Assembly (NCBI GenBank): GCA_031520405.1
Contig: GCA_031520405.1_4842.1
From: a phage
Length of the DNA: 64,000 nt
Reading direction: 5' to 3' (one strand)
This document shows positions 35,208 through 45,119 of this stretch, piece after piece. The notes under the pieces are model-generated. The model was not told the origin of the DNA, made no database searches, and saw nothing but the letters and a program-made list of their open reading frames with translations. Position 1 is the first letter of the stretch; each line of letters begins with the position of its first letter. Made by a program: the position numbers and the translations under genes.

Positions 35208-37103
35208 ATGGCAACTCAAAGCTTCAGCGTTGCGCCGTCCGTTCAGTGGACTGAGCGTGATGCCACGCTTCAGACGTCCCCGTCCGTTGTTGTTCAGGGC
35301 GCGACCGTCGGCAAATTTCAATGGGGTGAAGTTGAACTTCCAGTGCTGGTGACTGGTGGTGAGACAGGTTTGGTGAAGAAATTCTTCAAACCCAACGACA
35401 GTACTGCGACCGATTTTCTTGTAATCGCGGACTTTTTGTCTTACAGCTCTATGGCATGGGTGACCCGTGTTGTTGGTCCTCTGGCCAAGAACTCTGTTAC
35501 CAAAGGTCAGACAGCGATTGCGATCAAAAACAAACTGGATTTTGAAACAGCAAGTCCTTCGGCGTCCATCACTTGGACTGGTCGTTATCCAGGTTCCCTG
35601 GGTAATGATATTGCTATCAATGTTTGTGATGCTGCTGGATTCTCAACTTGGGAATTCCGTAATAACTTTGCATACGCACCTCAGTCTGGTGAATTCCATG
35701 TAGTTGTCGTAGACAAAGTTGGTCGCATTACCGACTCTGCTGGCGCGGTCGGTCAGGTTGACCGTATCTCCGTTTCTGGTACGGCTACTGCTGCTGGCAC
35801 CATCAGTGTGGCAGGTGAAGATATCGCATATCTGGATACTGATACTCCAGCCGATTTGGCAACCAAAATCGGTACAGCACTAACTTCCCTGACAAGTGTT
35901 TATTCTTCTGTTGTCGTGAAGTCCAACACTGTCATCGTGACCCATAAAGCTATTGGTCCCCAGACAGTTACTGCTATTGTTCCAGATGATAAGGGGCTGA
36001 CTGCAACCGCCGTGATTACCACTGTTGGCGCATCTGGTTCTATTATCGAAAAATACGAACTCATGCAGAACACACAGGGTTCCAAAAAGTCCGATGGCGC
36101 GAATGCGTACTTCAAAGATGTCATCAATGATACATCAAATTGGGTGTACACCTTCGCTACCGCTCTGGCCGCAGGTGTTGTTGAATTAGAAGGCGGCGTA
36201 GACGATTATAACATCAACCGCGTGGCAGCTATCCAAGTCTTGAACAATGCTGAAGCATATGATGCGAAGCCAGTATTTGCGTACTGTGAAGAACTGATTG
36301 AGCAACAAGCATTGATCGACTTATCTACTGAGCGAAAAGATACGGTATCTTTCGTATCCCCGCTCCGTGATACGGTTGTTGGCAACCGTGGTCGTGAAAT
36401 GGATGATGTCGTTGCTTGGCGTGAAAGCCTTGTTCGCGACTCTTCTTATTTCTTCATGGATGATAACTGGGCATATGTGTACGACAAGTACAACGACAAA
36501 ATGCGTTGGATTCCGGCTTGTGGTGGCACCGCAGGTGTTTGGGCGCGAAGCATTGAAATCGCGGGTATCTACAAATCTCCGGCGTTCCACAACCGTGGTA
36601 AATACAACAACTATAATCGAATGGCGTGGTCTGCTTCTTCTGATGAACGTGCTGTGTTGTACCGCAATCAGATCAACAGCATCGTAACCTTCTCCAATGA
36701 AGGCATCGTCCTGTATGGTGACAAAACTGGCCTGACCCGCCCGTCGGCGTTTGACCGCATCAACGTTCGTGGTCTGTTCATCATGGCTGAGCAGAACATC
36801 GCCGCAATCGCCAAATACTATCTTGGTGAGAACAATGACGCGTTTACACGTGGTCTGTTCAGCAATGCGGTTCGTCCATATATTCGCCAGCTGGCAAATA
36901 TGGGCGCGATTTACGATGGTAAAGTCAAATGTGATGAAGACAACAACACTGCTGATATCATTGCGGCAAACCAAATGGTTGCTGGTATCTGGTTGAAGCC
37001 TGAGTACAGCATAAATTGGGTGTATCTTGACTTTGCTGCAGTTCGACCAGATATGGAGTTCAGCGAAATCGAATCCGGTGGCGGCATCGTTGCTGCTTCA
37101 TAA
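35208..37103 (+). CDS. gp18: tail sheath protein, T4 gp18-like
   Basis: about 632 aa; synteny between terminase and tail tube; start at ATG 35208 after AAGGA RBS. Confidence 0.75.
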   Translation: MATQSFSVAPSVQWTERDATLQTSPSVVVQGATVGKFQWGEVELPVLVTGGETGLVKKFFKPNDSTATDFLVIADFLSYSSMAWVTRVVGPLAKNSVTKGQTAIAIKNKLDFETASPSASITWTGRYPGSLGNDIAINVCDAAGFSTWEFRNNFAYAPQSGEFHVVVVDKVGRITDSAGAVGQVDRISVSGTATAAGTISVAGEDIAYLDTDTPADLATKIGTALTSLTSVYSSVVVKSNTVIVTHKAIGPQTVTAIVPDDKGLTATAVITTVGASGSIIEKYELMQNTQGSKKSDGANAYFKDVINDTSNWVYTFATALAAGVVELEGGVDDYNINRVAAIQVLNNAEAYDAKPVFAYCEELIEQQALIDLSTERKDTVSFVSPLRDTVVGNRGREMDDVVAWRESLVRDSSYFFMDDNWAYVYDKYNDKMRWIPACGGTAGVWARSIEIAGIYKSPAFHNRGKYNNYNRMAWSASSDERAVLYRNQINSIVTFSNEGIVLYGDKTGLTRPSAFDRINVRGLFIMAEQNIAAIAKYYLGENNDAFTRGLFSNAVRPYIRQLANMGAIYDGKVKCDEDNNTADIIAANQMVAGIWLKPEYSINWVYLDFAAVRPDMEFSEIESGGGIVAAS

Positions 37104-37108
37104 ATGAC

Positions 37109-37137
37109 CAACCCCGCTTCGGCGGGGTTTTCCTTTG
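37109..37137 (+). terminator. intrinsic terminator (UUCG tetraloop)
   Basis: ACCCCGC-TTCG-GCGGGGT followed by TTTCCTTT. Confidence 0.65.
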
Positions 37138-37159
37138 TCTTATTGATTTGAGTTATTGA

Positions 37160-37618
37160 ATGATATACGCATACAAAATTGAAACGATAACTAATGGAAA
37201 GGTCTACATCGGTGTGACCAATGACCCACAACGAAGATATGATCAGCATTTTGCGAATGCTTTTCATCATGGAGTCCAAAGTGAATTGTATGATGCCATG
37301 CGTAAGTATGGAACATCTGGATTTACTTTCGTTGTAATTGCTCAGACCGATGAAGTCCATAAATGGGAATTAGAGAAGCAACTCATCTCTCAATATAATT
37401 CTTATGAGATGGGTTACAACATGAATAAAGGCGGTAATGATGGAAGTCATATGCTGGGTAAAACTGCAGCAAAATTGACATCCACAGGTGAACACATTGG
37501 TCTTGTTTCTCTCATAGATCCCCGTTGGGAATTGTGTGAAATCGAACCCGTTTTAAGCAATGTTGACCACGGATTTGATTTTTCTTCCATGAAGATTAAA
37601 AGATTGACGACTAATTAG
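37160..37618 (+). CDS. free-standing GIY-YIG homing endonuclease (Seg-like)
   Basis: N-terminal IYAYKI...KVYIGVT...RRYDQH matches the GIY-YIG signature; inserted between sheath and tube genes. Confidence 0.75.
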   Translation: MIYAYKIETITNGKVYIGVTNDPQRRYDQHFANAFHHGVQSELYDAMRKYGTSGFTFVVIAQTDEVHKWELEKQLISQYNSYEMGYNMNKGGNDGSHMLGKTAAKLTSTGEHIGLVSLIDPRWELCEIEPVLSNVDHGFDFSSMKIKRLTTN

Positions 37619-37648
37619 AATTGTGTACTCTTATTTGGAGATATAAAA

Positions 37649-38182
37649 ATGGCGACAGTCAATGAGTTTCGCGCAGCCATGTCACGAGGGGGCGGCGTAC
37701 AACGCCAACACCGCTGGCGTGTGACTGTAAACTTTCCTTCTTTTGTTGCTGGTTCCGACACAATTCGTGACGTGTCCTTGCTGGCTGTAACCACCAACAC
37801 CCCAACAGGTCAGCTGGGCGAAATTCTGGTGCCCTGGGGTGGTCGTGAACTTCCGTTCCCAGGGGATCGTCGTTTCGAAGCGCTTCCTGTGACGTTCATT
37901 AACGTGGTGAACAACGCTCCATACAATGCTTTTGAAGTGTGGCAGCAATTCATCAACGGTAGTGAAAACAACCGCGCCAGCGCGAATCCAGATGATTATT
38001 TCCGTGATATCATCATGGAACTTCTGGACGCGAATGACAACGTGACTAAGACATGGACTTTACAGGGCGGCTGGCCTCAAAACCTCGGCCAACTGGAACT
38101 CGATATGTCGGCAATGGACTCTTACACACAGTTCACTGTCGACTTGCGTTATTTCCAAGCCGTTTCTGACAAGTCATTGTAA
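37649..38182 (+). CDS. gp19: tail tube protein, T4 gp19-like
   Basis: 177 aa; C-terminal GGWPQNLGQLELDM resembles T4 gp19 GLWPTNVGELQLDW. Confidence 0.75.
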   Translation: MATVNEFRAAMSRGGGVQRQHRWRVTVNFPSFVAGSDTIRDVSLLAVTTNTPTGQLGEILVPWGGRELPFPGDRRFEALPVTFINVVNNAPYNAFEVWQQFINGSENNRASANPDDYFRDIIMELLDANDNVTKTWTLQGGWPQNLGQLELDMSAMDSYTQFTVDLRYFQAVSDKSL

Positions 38183-38249
38183 TGTCCTCGGTGCTGGGGG
38201 AATGTTATTCCCCCTCACTAATTACAAGAAAACGTTGAGGACTTAGATC

Positions 38250-39932
38250 ATGGCTGGATACGGCAGAGGGTTCTTCGGTTTGTTTGGTGGTGGCGGTTTA
38301 GTCAATGCCAAAGTCGACACCGATAAGTTAGCCCAAAAACAAGATGAATTGTTGCTCACCAAGGCGACAGTTGTTGCTCTGGACGATGCTCAAGACGGTT
38401 CTATAATCCTTCAGGGCGGTGCAAACACCTACAACTATGTTGGCGTTGAGAGTGAACTTCTCAGCGTTAAAACAGTTGTGGAAGAATATCAGTCCATGGC
38501 CCAGCAGCCAGAAATACGCAAAGCTGTGGACATCATTGTTAATGACGTTGTCACATGTGAGGAAGACGAAACTCCGGTGACAGTCAATCTTGACAAAGTT
38601 GATGGTATTTCTGAATCAGTCAAAGAATCTATCACCGAATGTTTCAAAGAAGTGATTCATTTGATGGATTTTGAAAATACGGCGTATCAAAAGATTCGGA
38701 AATGGTATGTAGATGGTCGACAAGCGTATCATGTGATTGTTGACCCAACGAATAAGAAGGGCGGGATCAAGAAATTGGTCATGCTGGATTCTCGTTGTAT
38801 TCGTCCTGTGTACATCGTTGAAAAGGCAATGCGTGAAGGTGGTATAGAAGCGATCGAATCTGTAACGCTGAAATACTATTACAATCCGAATTATAATCGA
38901 AACCAATTCACTGGTCAATCAGGTACTTCTCAAAACTTCCAACCTTCACAACAAGAACTCGTGTTTGATGACGAAAGTATCGTTTATATCGATAGTGGTG
39001 AAGAACCATTGGCTAACGGTATTGTCCCAGGGCTTTTAAATCCTGCAATCCGCCCGTTGAACAACTTGGTTACGACTGAAGACGCAACAGTAATTTATGC
39101 CATCACTCGCGCCCCTGAGAAACGCGCATTCTATCTTGACGTCGGTACTCTCGGCAAGAAATCTGCTGAAGAATACATGACCATGATGATGGGTAAATTC
39201 AAAAACCGCAACGCATATGACCGCACCACTGGTAAGATAACAGGTAATGCCCATCTTATGGGTATTGCAGAGGATTATTGGTTGCCGCGCCGCGAAGGTC
39301 AGAATGCTACAGAGATTGCGACTGTTGGGGGTGGGAATCAATTGGGCGAAATGGATCACGTGAACTATTTCCGTGAAAAACTCTATGATGCTCTAATGAT
39401 CCCTAAGAGCCGCCTCCAAGAGGAAGGATCTATTAACATTGGGGGTTCCAACCTCGCGGAGATTACACAGGAAGAGCTGCGTTTCAGCAAGTTCTGTGCT
39501 GGGTTACGTCGTCGTTACTCCCATTTCTTTATGGAGTTTTTACGTCGCCAATTAATTTTGAAAGGCGTGACTGACGAAAAAGATTGGAATGAAAAAATCA
39601 AGCCGTTTATTAAGTTTGAATTCACTTCTGATAGCTATATTCGTGAGCAACAAGAAAACGCCATATTAAATGATCGCCTGGCTTCTCTGAACACTGTTGA
39701 GCCTTTTGTTGGTTCTATATTCTCCATAGACTACGTCATGAGAAATGTATTGCGTATGTCTGATGAAGAAGTTAAAGAACAACAAACGAAGATCGCGGAA
39801 GAGAAGAAGAAAGGTCTCTATCCGAAGGTTCAAGCAGATGAAACTGGCAATTATAGCGGTTCAGATGTTAGTCCGTTGAAGTTTAAACCTGAGACTATCC
39901 CATTCTCCGGTTCAACAGACGATAGTATTTAA
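38250..39932 (+). CDS. gp20: portal protein, T4 gp20-like
   Basis: 560 aa; block IYAITRAPEKRAFYLDVGT...EDYWLPRREGQ matches remembered gp20 VIYRITRAPDRRVWYVDTG...EDYWLQRRDGK. Confidence 0.85.
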   Translation: MAGYGRGFFGLFGGGGLVNAKVDTDKLAQKQDELLLTKATVVALDDAQDGSIILQGGANTYNYVGVESELLSVKTVVEEYQSMAQQPEIRKAVDIIVNDVVTCEEDETPVTVNLDKVDGISESVKESITECFKEVIHLMDFENTAYQKIRKWYVDGRQAYHVIVDPTNKKGGIKKLVMLDSRCIRPVYIVEKAMREGGIEAIESVTLKYYYNPNYNRNQFTGQSGTSQNFQPSQQELVFDDESIVYIDSGEEPLANGIVPGLLNPAIRPLNNLVTTEDATVIYAITRAPEKRAFYLDVGTLGKKSAEEYMTMMMGKFKNRNAYDRTTGKITGNAHLMGIAEDYWLPRREGQNATEIATVGGGNQLGEMDHVNYFREKLYDALMIPKSRLQEEGSINIGGSNLAEITQEELRFSKFCAGLRRRYSHFFMEFLRRQLILKGVTDEKDWNEKIKPFIKFEFTSDSYIREQQENAILNDRLASLNTVEPFVGSIFSIDYVMRNVLRMSDEEVKEQQTKIAEEKKKGLYPKVQADETGNYSGSDVSPLKFKPETIPFSGSTDDSI

Positions 39933-39939
39933 AGTTCAA

Positions 39940-39947
39940 CTAAATAT
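39940..39947 (+). promoter_or_regulatory. CTAAATAT late-promoter-like box
   Basis: motif match upstream of the ATG at 39974. Confidence 0.3.
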
Positions 39948-39973
39948 AGAAAATTAATTCGGAGATCAAAATC

Positions 39974-40144
39974 ATGAGCGCAATTGATATCGTTCGTGCA
40001 GTAATTGACGGTGACACTGAAACTGCTGTTGCAGAATGCAACATGGAACTTGATGCACGTAGTCAAGAACTATTAAACCAAGGCACAGCATATGTTCTGG
40101 ATTCTATCGCAGCTGATATGAATTCAAACAACAACGGCCAGTAA
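39974..40144 (+). CDS. small prohead core protein (gp67-like position), 56 aa; below the ORF-track cutoff
   Basis: ORF MSAIDIVRAVIDGDTETAVAECNMELDARSQELLNQGTAYVLDSIAADMNSNNNGQ with GGAG RBS; sits between portal and core/protease genes. Confidence 0.5.
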   Translation: MSAIDIVRAVIDGDTETAVAECNMELDARSQELLNQGTAYVLDSIAADMNSNNNGQ

Positions 40145-40152
40145 GGAGATGC

Positions 40153-40470
40153 ATGATGGAAATCACAGAGATCGCCACGTTCGCTGATTTCCTGGCCTCT
40201 CGTATGGACGAGCAGCGAGTCATCGATAAAGTGAACGCTCGTGGTAAACGCCGCCGCCGTCTGAAATGTGCCCCTGGGTTCAAATTGTCGGCTGATGGTT
40301 CACGTTGTGAAGTCATGGATGCCAGCGAACGTCGTGTTCGCAAGATCGGCAACCGCAAAGCCCTCCGCTCTAAAAAGCGTATGGGAATGGGCTATCAACG
40401 TAAAATCGAGCGCCGCAAGAAAAAGGCTATGAAGTTCCGCAAAATGATGGGACTGAGTAAGAACAAGTAA
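40153..40470 (+). CDS. prohead core protein (gp68-like position), highly basic
   Basis: 105-aa Arg/Lys-rich ORF between portal and protease. Confidence 0.5.
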   Translation: MMEITEIATFADFLASRMDEQRVIDKVNARGKRRRRLKCAPGFKLSADGSRCEVMDASERRVRKIGNRKALRSKKRMGMGYQRKIERRKKKAMKFRKMMGLSKNK

Positions 40471-40477
40471 GGAGTTT

Positions 40478-41146
40478 ATGATGAAACTGTTGCGTGAGAT
40501 CACAGCGATAGGGAAGGATCTTCTAATCGGTGAGGCCACAACCTCAACTGGTGGGAAGGCCATGTTCATCGAAGGTCCGTTTGTGATGTGTAACCAAGTC
40601 AACCGTAACGGGCGTAACTATGATCTGCAGAAAGTGGGTATTCCTGCTGTCGAAGCATACGACAAAGAGTATATCCAAGATCGTCGCGCAATCGGTGAAG
40701 TCACACATCCTGACTATCCTTTCCCTAATCTGGTGGAAGCAGCGCTCAAAACCGAATCCCTTCGCTGGGAAGGCACTAATGCCATCGGTCGGGCGCGAAT
40801 TTTAAATACACCAAAAGGCCAAATCATACGTGCATTGGCTGAAGCAGACTTCAATCTGGCCGTGTCTACACGTGGCCTGGGTGAGACCAAGTCAGTAAAC
40901 GGTTATGATGACGTTCAGCCTGGCTTTATGCTCACCGCTGTTGATGCAGTCGACCGTCCTTCTGGACAAGTTTGTTATGTTAAGGCTGTGAGTGAATCTG
41001 TTGAATGGCAGCTTGATGAGGCTTCGGGTATTTGGATGCCTCGTGATGTTAAAGGGAAAGTTGTAGACCAGTTGGTGAAAACCAATATCCAGGTTGAAGA
41101 CGATTTCCTGCGCCGCCTTGATGCAGCATTGAATCATCTGGGCTGA
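40478..41146 (+). CDS. gp21: prohead core scaffold/protease, T4 gp21-like
   Basis: 222 aa; position immediately upstream of scaffold and major capsid genes. Confidence 0.6.
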   Translation: MMKLLREITAIGKDLLIGEATTSTGGKAMFIEGPFVMCNQVNRNGRNYDLQKVGIPAVEAYDKEYIQDRRAIGEVTHPDYPFPNLVEAALKTESLRWEGTNAIGRARILNTPKGQIIRALAEADFNLAVSTRGLGETKSVNGYDDVQPGFMLTAVDAVDRPSGQVCYVKAVSESVEWQLDEASGIWMPRDVKGKVVDQLVKTNIQVEDDFLRRLDAALNHLG

Positions 41147-41157
41147 AATTCAGCTCA

Positions 41158-41181
41158 CTAAATACTGAAAAATCGTTCAGA
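41158..41181 (+). promoter_or_regulatory. CTAAATAC box plus short 5' hairpin (CTGAA-AAATCG-TTCAG)
   Basis: read directly upstream of the scaffold gene. Confidence 0.3.
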
Positions 41182-41192
41182 AGGAAACTATC

Positions 41193-42032
41193 ATGAAACC
41201 TGAATTGCAAAAACTGTTTGAAGGCGTTAATGGCCTCAGCACCGATTTCTTGGACAAAGTATCTGGTCTGCTGGAATCTAAAGTTGAAGCCGCCCGTCTG
41301 CAAGCTATTCAAGAAACTGAAGCGGCTGGTAACGTTGAGCGCCTGACTCTGGTAGAAGCCCACCAGAAAGAAGTCGCAGACCTTAAAGAAAATTTCACTC
41401 TTCAGTTGGCGGAAAAAGTTGATTCGTTCCTCAACGCGGTGGTTGAAGAATGGGCTAACAAAAATGCTCCGGCTATTGACGCTCAGATCAAAACCGAAGC
41501 TGCTGAACGCTTCCTCACTGGTTTCTCTAATGTTCTGAAAGAAGCAGGTGTTAGTTTCGCCACTGACCCAGACGGTCAGATTGCAGCTCTCACCAACCGC
41601 CTGGCTGAAGCAGAGCAACGCGCCAGCATTGCCAATACTGAATTGGCCCAGCTCAAAGAAAGTGAAACCAAACGCCAGCGCAATGATGTCATTGATCGTA
41701 TTTGTGAAGGTATGGTTGACACCAAGAAAGACACTGTTGTCAACCTGCTGGAAGGTATTGAATTCCAGACCGAGTCTGAATTTGAATCCCGTGTGCGCAC
41801 CTTCCGTAACCTGGTAGAAGGCAAAGATGACTTCTCTGATAAAGTCGGCAAAGACAATGAAAAAGGCAAGCCGGATGGCGACAAGTCTGAAAAAGACATC
41901 AAAGAAGGTAAAAAACCGAAGAAAGAAGGTGAAGCCGACGATGATGACGATGACGATGATGACAAAGACGAAGTTGGCAAAGAAGTCAACGAAGCCGTCC
42001 GTCGCCAGATCAGTGCTTTGCTGAACGGCTAA
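41193..42032 (+). CDS. gp22: prohead scaffold protein, T4 gp22-like
   Basis: 279 aa, coiled-coil-like with poly-Asp/Glu tail; precedes the major capsid gene. Confidence 0.7.
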   Translation: MKPELQKLFEGVNGLSTDFLDKVSGLLESKVEAARLQAIQETEAAGNVERLTLVEAHQKEVADLKENFTLQLAEKVDSFLNAVVEEWANKNAPAIDAQIKTEAAERFLTGFSNVLKEAGVSFATDPDGQIAALTNRLAEAEQRASIANTELAQLKESETKRQRNDVIDRICEGMVDTKKDTVVNLLEGIEFQTESEFESRVRTFRNLVEGKDDFSDKVGKDNEKGKPDGDKSEKDIKEGKKPKKEGEADDDDDDDDDKDEVGKEVNEAVRRQISALLNG

Positions 42033-42123
42033 TTTTAGCAGCCACAGCCCTCGAAAGGGGGCTTGATTTTGAACTACTAAGTAATTTCAACTTAACTGAA
42101 TATCAATGTAAGGAACGAGCATC

Positions 42124-43446
42124 ATGACTAAGAAACTTGTAACCGAAGAAATGCGCAAACAGTGGCTGCCAGTTCTCCAAAAAGAATCTGAAGCTATTCA
42201 ACCTCTGTCTGCCGAAAACGTAACCATCCGTCTGATGCAGAACCAGGCTGAATGGAACGCAAAAAACCTGGGCGAATCTGACGCACCTGGTTCTGTGAAC
42301 AGCACTGTCGGTAAATGGCAGCCAGTTCTGATCGACATGGCAAAACGTCTGGCGCCGATCAACATCGCGATGGACTTCTTCGGTGTTCAGCCGCTGTCTG
42401 GTCCTGACGGTCAGATCTTTGCACTGCGCGCTCGCCAGGGTGTTGGTGACAGTTCCAACACCGCACAGTCTCGTAAAGAACTGTTCATGCAGGAAGCCGA
42501 TTCCGGCTATTCCGGTGATGGTACTGTACAGGCTGGCGACCCGTCAGGCTTTAGTCAGGCTGAGATCGAAGGTTCCGGCTCTGTCGTGACCACTATCGGT
42601 AAAGGTATGCCGTCAACCGACGCGGAACTGCTGGGTACTACCACCAATCCGTGGGCGCGTGTTGGTATCACCGTTCAGAAAGCGACCGTTACTGCCAAGT
42701 CTCGCGGCCTGTACGCTGATTACAGCCATGAACTGCGTCAGGACATGATGGCAATTCACGGCGAAGACGTGGACAATATCCTGTCTGACGTGATGGTAAC
42801 TGAAATTCAGGCGGAAATGAACCGTGAATTCATCCGTACCATGAACTTCAGTGCTGTTCGCTTCAAAAAATTCGGCACCAACGGTGTTGTTGATATCGCG
42901 CAGGACATCTCCGGTCGTTGGGCGCTGGAAAAATGGAAGTTCCTAACTTTCATGCTGGAAGTTGAAGCGAACGGTATCGGTGTTGACACCCGTCGTGGTA
43001 AAGGCAACCGTGTTCTGTGTTCTCCGAACGTGGCATCCGCTCTGGCGATGTCTGGCATGCTGGACTATGCTCCGGTTCTACAGGAAAACACTAAACTGGC
43101 TGTTGACCCGACTGGCCAGACCTTCGCTGGTGTTCTGTCCAACGGTATGCGCGTCTATGTTGACCCGTATGCTGTAGCAGAATATATCACTCTGGCATAC
43201 AAAGGCGCAACTGCGCTGGATGCCGGTATCTTCTTCGCGCCGTATGTGCCGCTGGAAATGTACCGCACCCAGGGTGAAACCACCTTCGCTCCGCGTATGG
43301 CGTTCAAAACCCGTTACGGCATCTGTGCTAACCCGTTCGTACAGATTCCGGCTAACCAAGACCCGCAGGTTTACGTGACTGCTGACGGTATTGCTCAAGA
43401 CAGCAACCCGTATTTCCGCAAAGGTCTGATCAAATCTCTGTTCTAA
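42124..43446 (+). CDS. gp23: major capsid protein, T4 gp23-like
   Basis: 440 aa; blocks FFGVQPLSGPDGQIFALRA and FKTRYGICANPF match remembered gp23 ICGVQPMNSPTGQVFALRA and FKTRYGIGINPF. Confidence 0.85.
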   Translation: MTKKLVTEEMRKQWLPVLQKESEAIQPLSAENVTIRLMQNQAEWNAKNLGESDAPGSVNSTVGKWQPVLIDMAKRLAPINIAMDFFGVQPLSGPDGQIFALRARQGVGDSSNTAQSRKELFMQEADSGYSGDGTVQAGDPSGFSQAEIEGSGSVVTTIGKGMPSTDAELLGTTTNPWARVGITVQKATVTAKSRGLYADYSHELRQDMMAIHGEDVDNILSDVMVTEIQAEMNREFIRTMNFSAVRFKKFGTNGVVDIAQDISGRWALEKWKFLTFMLEVEANGIGVDTRRGKGNRVLCSPNVASALAMSGMLDYAPVLQENTKLAVDPTGQTFAGVLSNGMRVYVDPYAVAEYITLAYKGATALDAGIFFAPYVPLEMYRTQGETTFAPRMAFKTRYGICANPFVQIPANQDPQVYVTADGIAQDSNPYFRKGLIKSLF

Positions 43447-43464
43447 TCGACAGGTTTTGATAAC

Positions 43465-43492
43465 AAACCCCGCCGAAGCGGGGTTTTTCTTT
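43465..43492 (+). terminator. intrinsic terminator after the capsid gene
   Basis: AAACCCCGC-CGAA-GCGGGGTTT followed by TTCTTTA. Confidence 0.7.
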
Positions 43493-43540
43493 ATAGGGAT
43501 ATGTAAGATAATAAAGCCTCATTTATCAAAGGAGGTTAAA

Positions 43541-43777
43541 ATGTCTCATCAATTATCCGGCGGTGCCGTCGATACTCTATTCGTTCTTTTCTGGTTTGGA
43601 CCTCGTGAAGCTGGGGAAATACCTGCTAAATCTGGAGAAGCCGAATTGGCCTCCCTGGGGTTTTGTAAACGAGTTGATGTTAAAAACGTACCAAAAGGTC
43701 GAGATACACATCTGTGTGTACTCACCGAGGAAGGTTACAAATACGCATATCTGAAATATGTTTCTCAAAATACGTGA
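43541..43777 (+). CDS. hypothetical protein
   Basis: start at ATG 43541 after AAAGGAGG RBS. Confidence 0.5.
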   Translation: MSHQLSGGAVDTLFVLFWFGPREAGEIPAKSGEAELASLGFCKRVDVKNVPKGRDTHLCVLTEEGYKYAYLKYVSQNT

Positions 43778-43864
43778 TTGTTTATCGTAACGATTTAATA
43801 CGCGAATAGTTCAATAACAATTCCTGTTGTACGATATAACTTTCTTACAACAGGAGTATCAGTC

Positions 43865-44179
43865 ATGACAACCCGAAATATTACCTCTGAACAATCCGTG
43901 TCACAAATCCTCATTAATTCCCGCACCCAAAAAGAACGTCTTTTTGACATCCTCACTAATGTGATCAATATTCGTCGACAATTAGATGGTGAATTTCCCG
44001 AATCTGATTCTGAAGAAAAATCAACACACAATCCAGGTCTTGTTGGTGCTATCCTTAACATACAAGGAGAGCAGGACGATATCATCGATAGAATCAATGC
44101 TCACATGGACGTCATCCATACTAAACTGGGAACGTTTTATCACCCAAATTGTGAAGACGAGTCTAAAGATAATTGTTAA
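43865..44179 (+). CDS. hypothetical protein
   Basis: 104-aa ORF with AGGAG RBS. Confidence 0.5.
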   Translation: MTTRNITSEQSVSQILINSRTQKERLFDILTNVINIRRQLDGEFPESDSEEKSTHNPGLVGAILNIQGEQDDIIDRINAHMDVIHTKLGTFYHPNCEDESKDNC

Positions 44180-44240
44180 TGTTTTCAATAAATGGGTAAT
44201 GAACCATCATTACCCAACTTTCACAATAGGAATACAACTC

Positions 44241-44435
44241 ATGGCAAAAGAAACTCTTAACAATGAAAACTCCAACTTTGCAGAATGGCATACCGAATTA
44301 GAGCGCGTTGCCCGTTCTCAACATGGTTCTGCCGCTGATGCAGATGCTTGGCGTGAAGATTATGAATCTGGAAAAACTCCACGTCAGGCTTGGGAAGACG
44401 AATGGGGGTGGGATGATGCCGACTCTAATCCGTAA
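44241..44435 (+). CDS. hypothetical small protein (Trp/Asp-rich C-terminus)
   Basis: internal ATG of track ORF 43986..44435; the upstream part overlaps the previous gene in another frame. Confidence 0.4.
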   Translation: MAKETLNNENSNFAEWHTELERVARSQHGSAADADAWREDYESGKTPRQAWEDEWGWDDADSNP

Positions 44436-44646
44436 GATATATCTGGATAAGAACTATTTGGAATCTAAAATCGAAGTTTTCACGGCTCAAAAAATATTTG
44501 AAGACGGTGAAACGAGATATTATCTGAATCCAGACCTTTATCTCCCAGGAAGTAATTTGAATCGCGACATATCCCAAATAGATGGCACAATCATTCGTTG
44601 GGAAATAGCGACGCAAGAAGACAACTGTCACAACATAACACTTTGA
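44413..44646 (+). CDS. hypothetical small protein
   Basis: ATGATG start overlapping the upstream gene end. Confidence 0.4.
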   Translation: MMPTLIRKIYLDKNYLESKIEVFTAQKIFEDGETRYYLNPDLYLPGSNLNRDISQIDGTIIRWEIATQEDNCHNITL

Positions 44647-44661
44647 AGAGAGAACTACATC

Positions 44662-45108
44662 ATGTCTAAACAAAATTATATCTTTATTAGTCCAGGACGT
44701 TCCCAGTTTTTTCGTAGCGACATCGATACACCTATCGAAGGTTTTCGCATTTTCAAATGCTATAAATTGGCCAGCGGTGACATTGATTATCAAAGTCACG
44801 ACAATGACCGCCAAGACTTGGTTGATAACGGTTGGGAAGAAATAGATTCTCCTCAATATCTGACCGTCAACCTTTATTATATGAAGGAAAGCGGTAAATA
44901 TTATTCGACTGGGGAGTTGAAAATCCGAGTTTCAGAAGCCCAATCCAATCCAGCAAAAAGTTGGTATGACACGCAAGAGTTAGTGCGTGATCTCCTGAAG
45001 AAAGGCGAACTGCCTGGCTTGGTTAAAGGTTCCCGTTTTGATACCTTCATGTCCTGCGAACAACACCCGTGCTATGTTCCGACTTTATTTAAAATCAGCA
45101 ACATGTGA
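44662..45108 (+). CDS. hypothetical protein
   Basis: 148-aa ORF. Confidence 0.5.
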   Translation: MSKQNYIFISPGRSQFFRSDIDTPIEGFRIFKCYKLASGDIDYQSHDNDRQDLVDNGWEEIDSPQYLTVNLYYMKESGKYYSTGELKIRVSEAQSNPAKSWYDTQELVRDLLKKGELPGLVKGSRFDTFMSCEQHPCYVPTLFKISNM

Positions 45109-45119
45109 GAGATTAATAT

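Noticed and set aside
36321-36974. Long antisense ORFs inside well-supported genes (for example 36321..36974, 41049..41618, 52619..53209, 25890..26201)
   Set aside because: Each lies wholly within a gene recognised by motifs or synteny on the opposite strand, with no independent start signals.
43986-44240. Upstream two-thirds of track ORF 43986..44435
   Set aside because: It overlaps the gene at 43865..44179 in another frame; the internal ATG at 44241 follows a Shine-Dalgarno-like GGAA.
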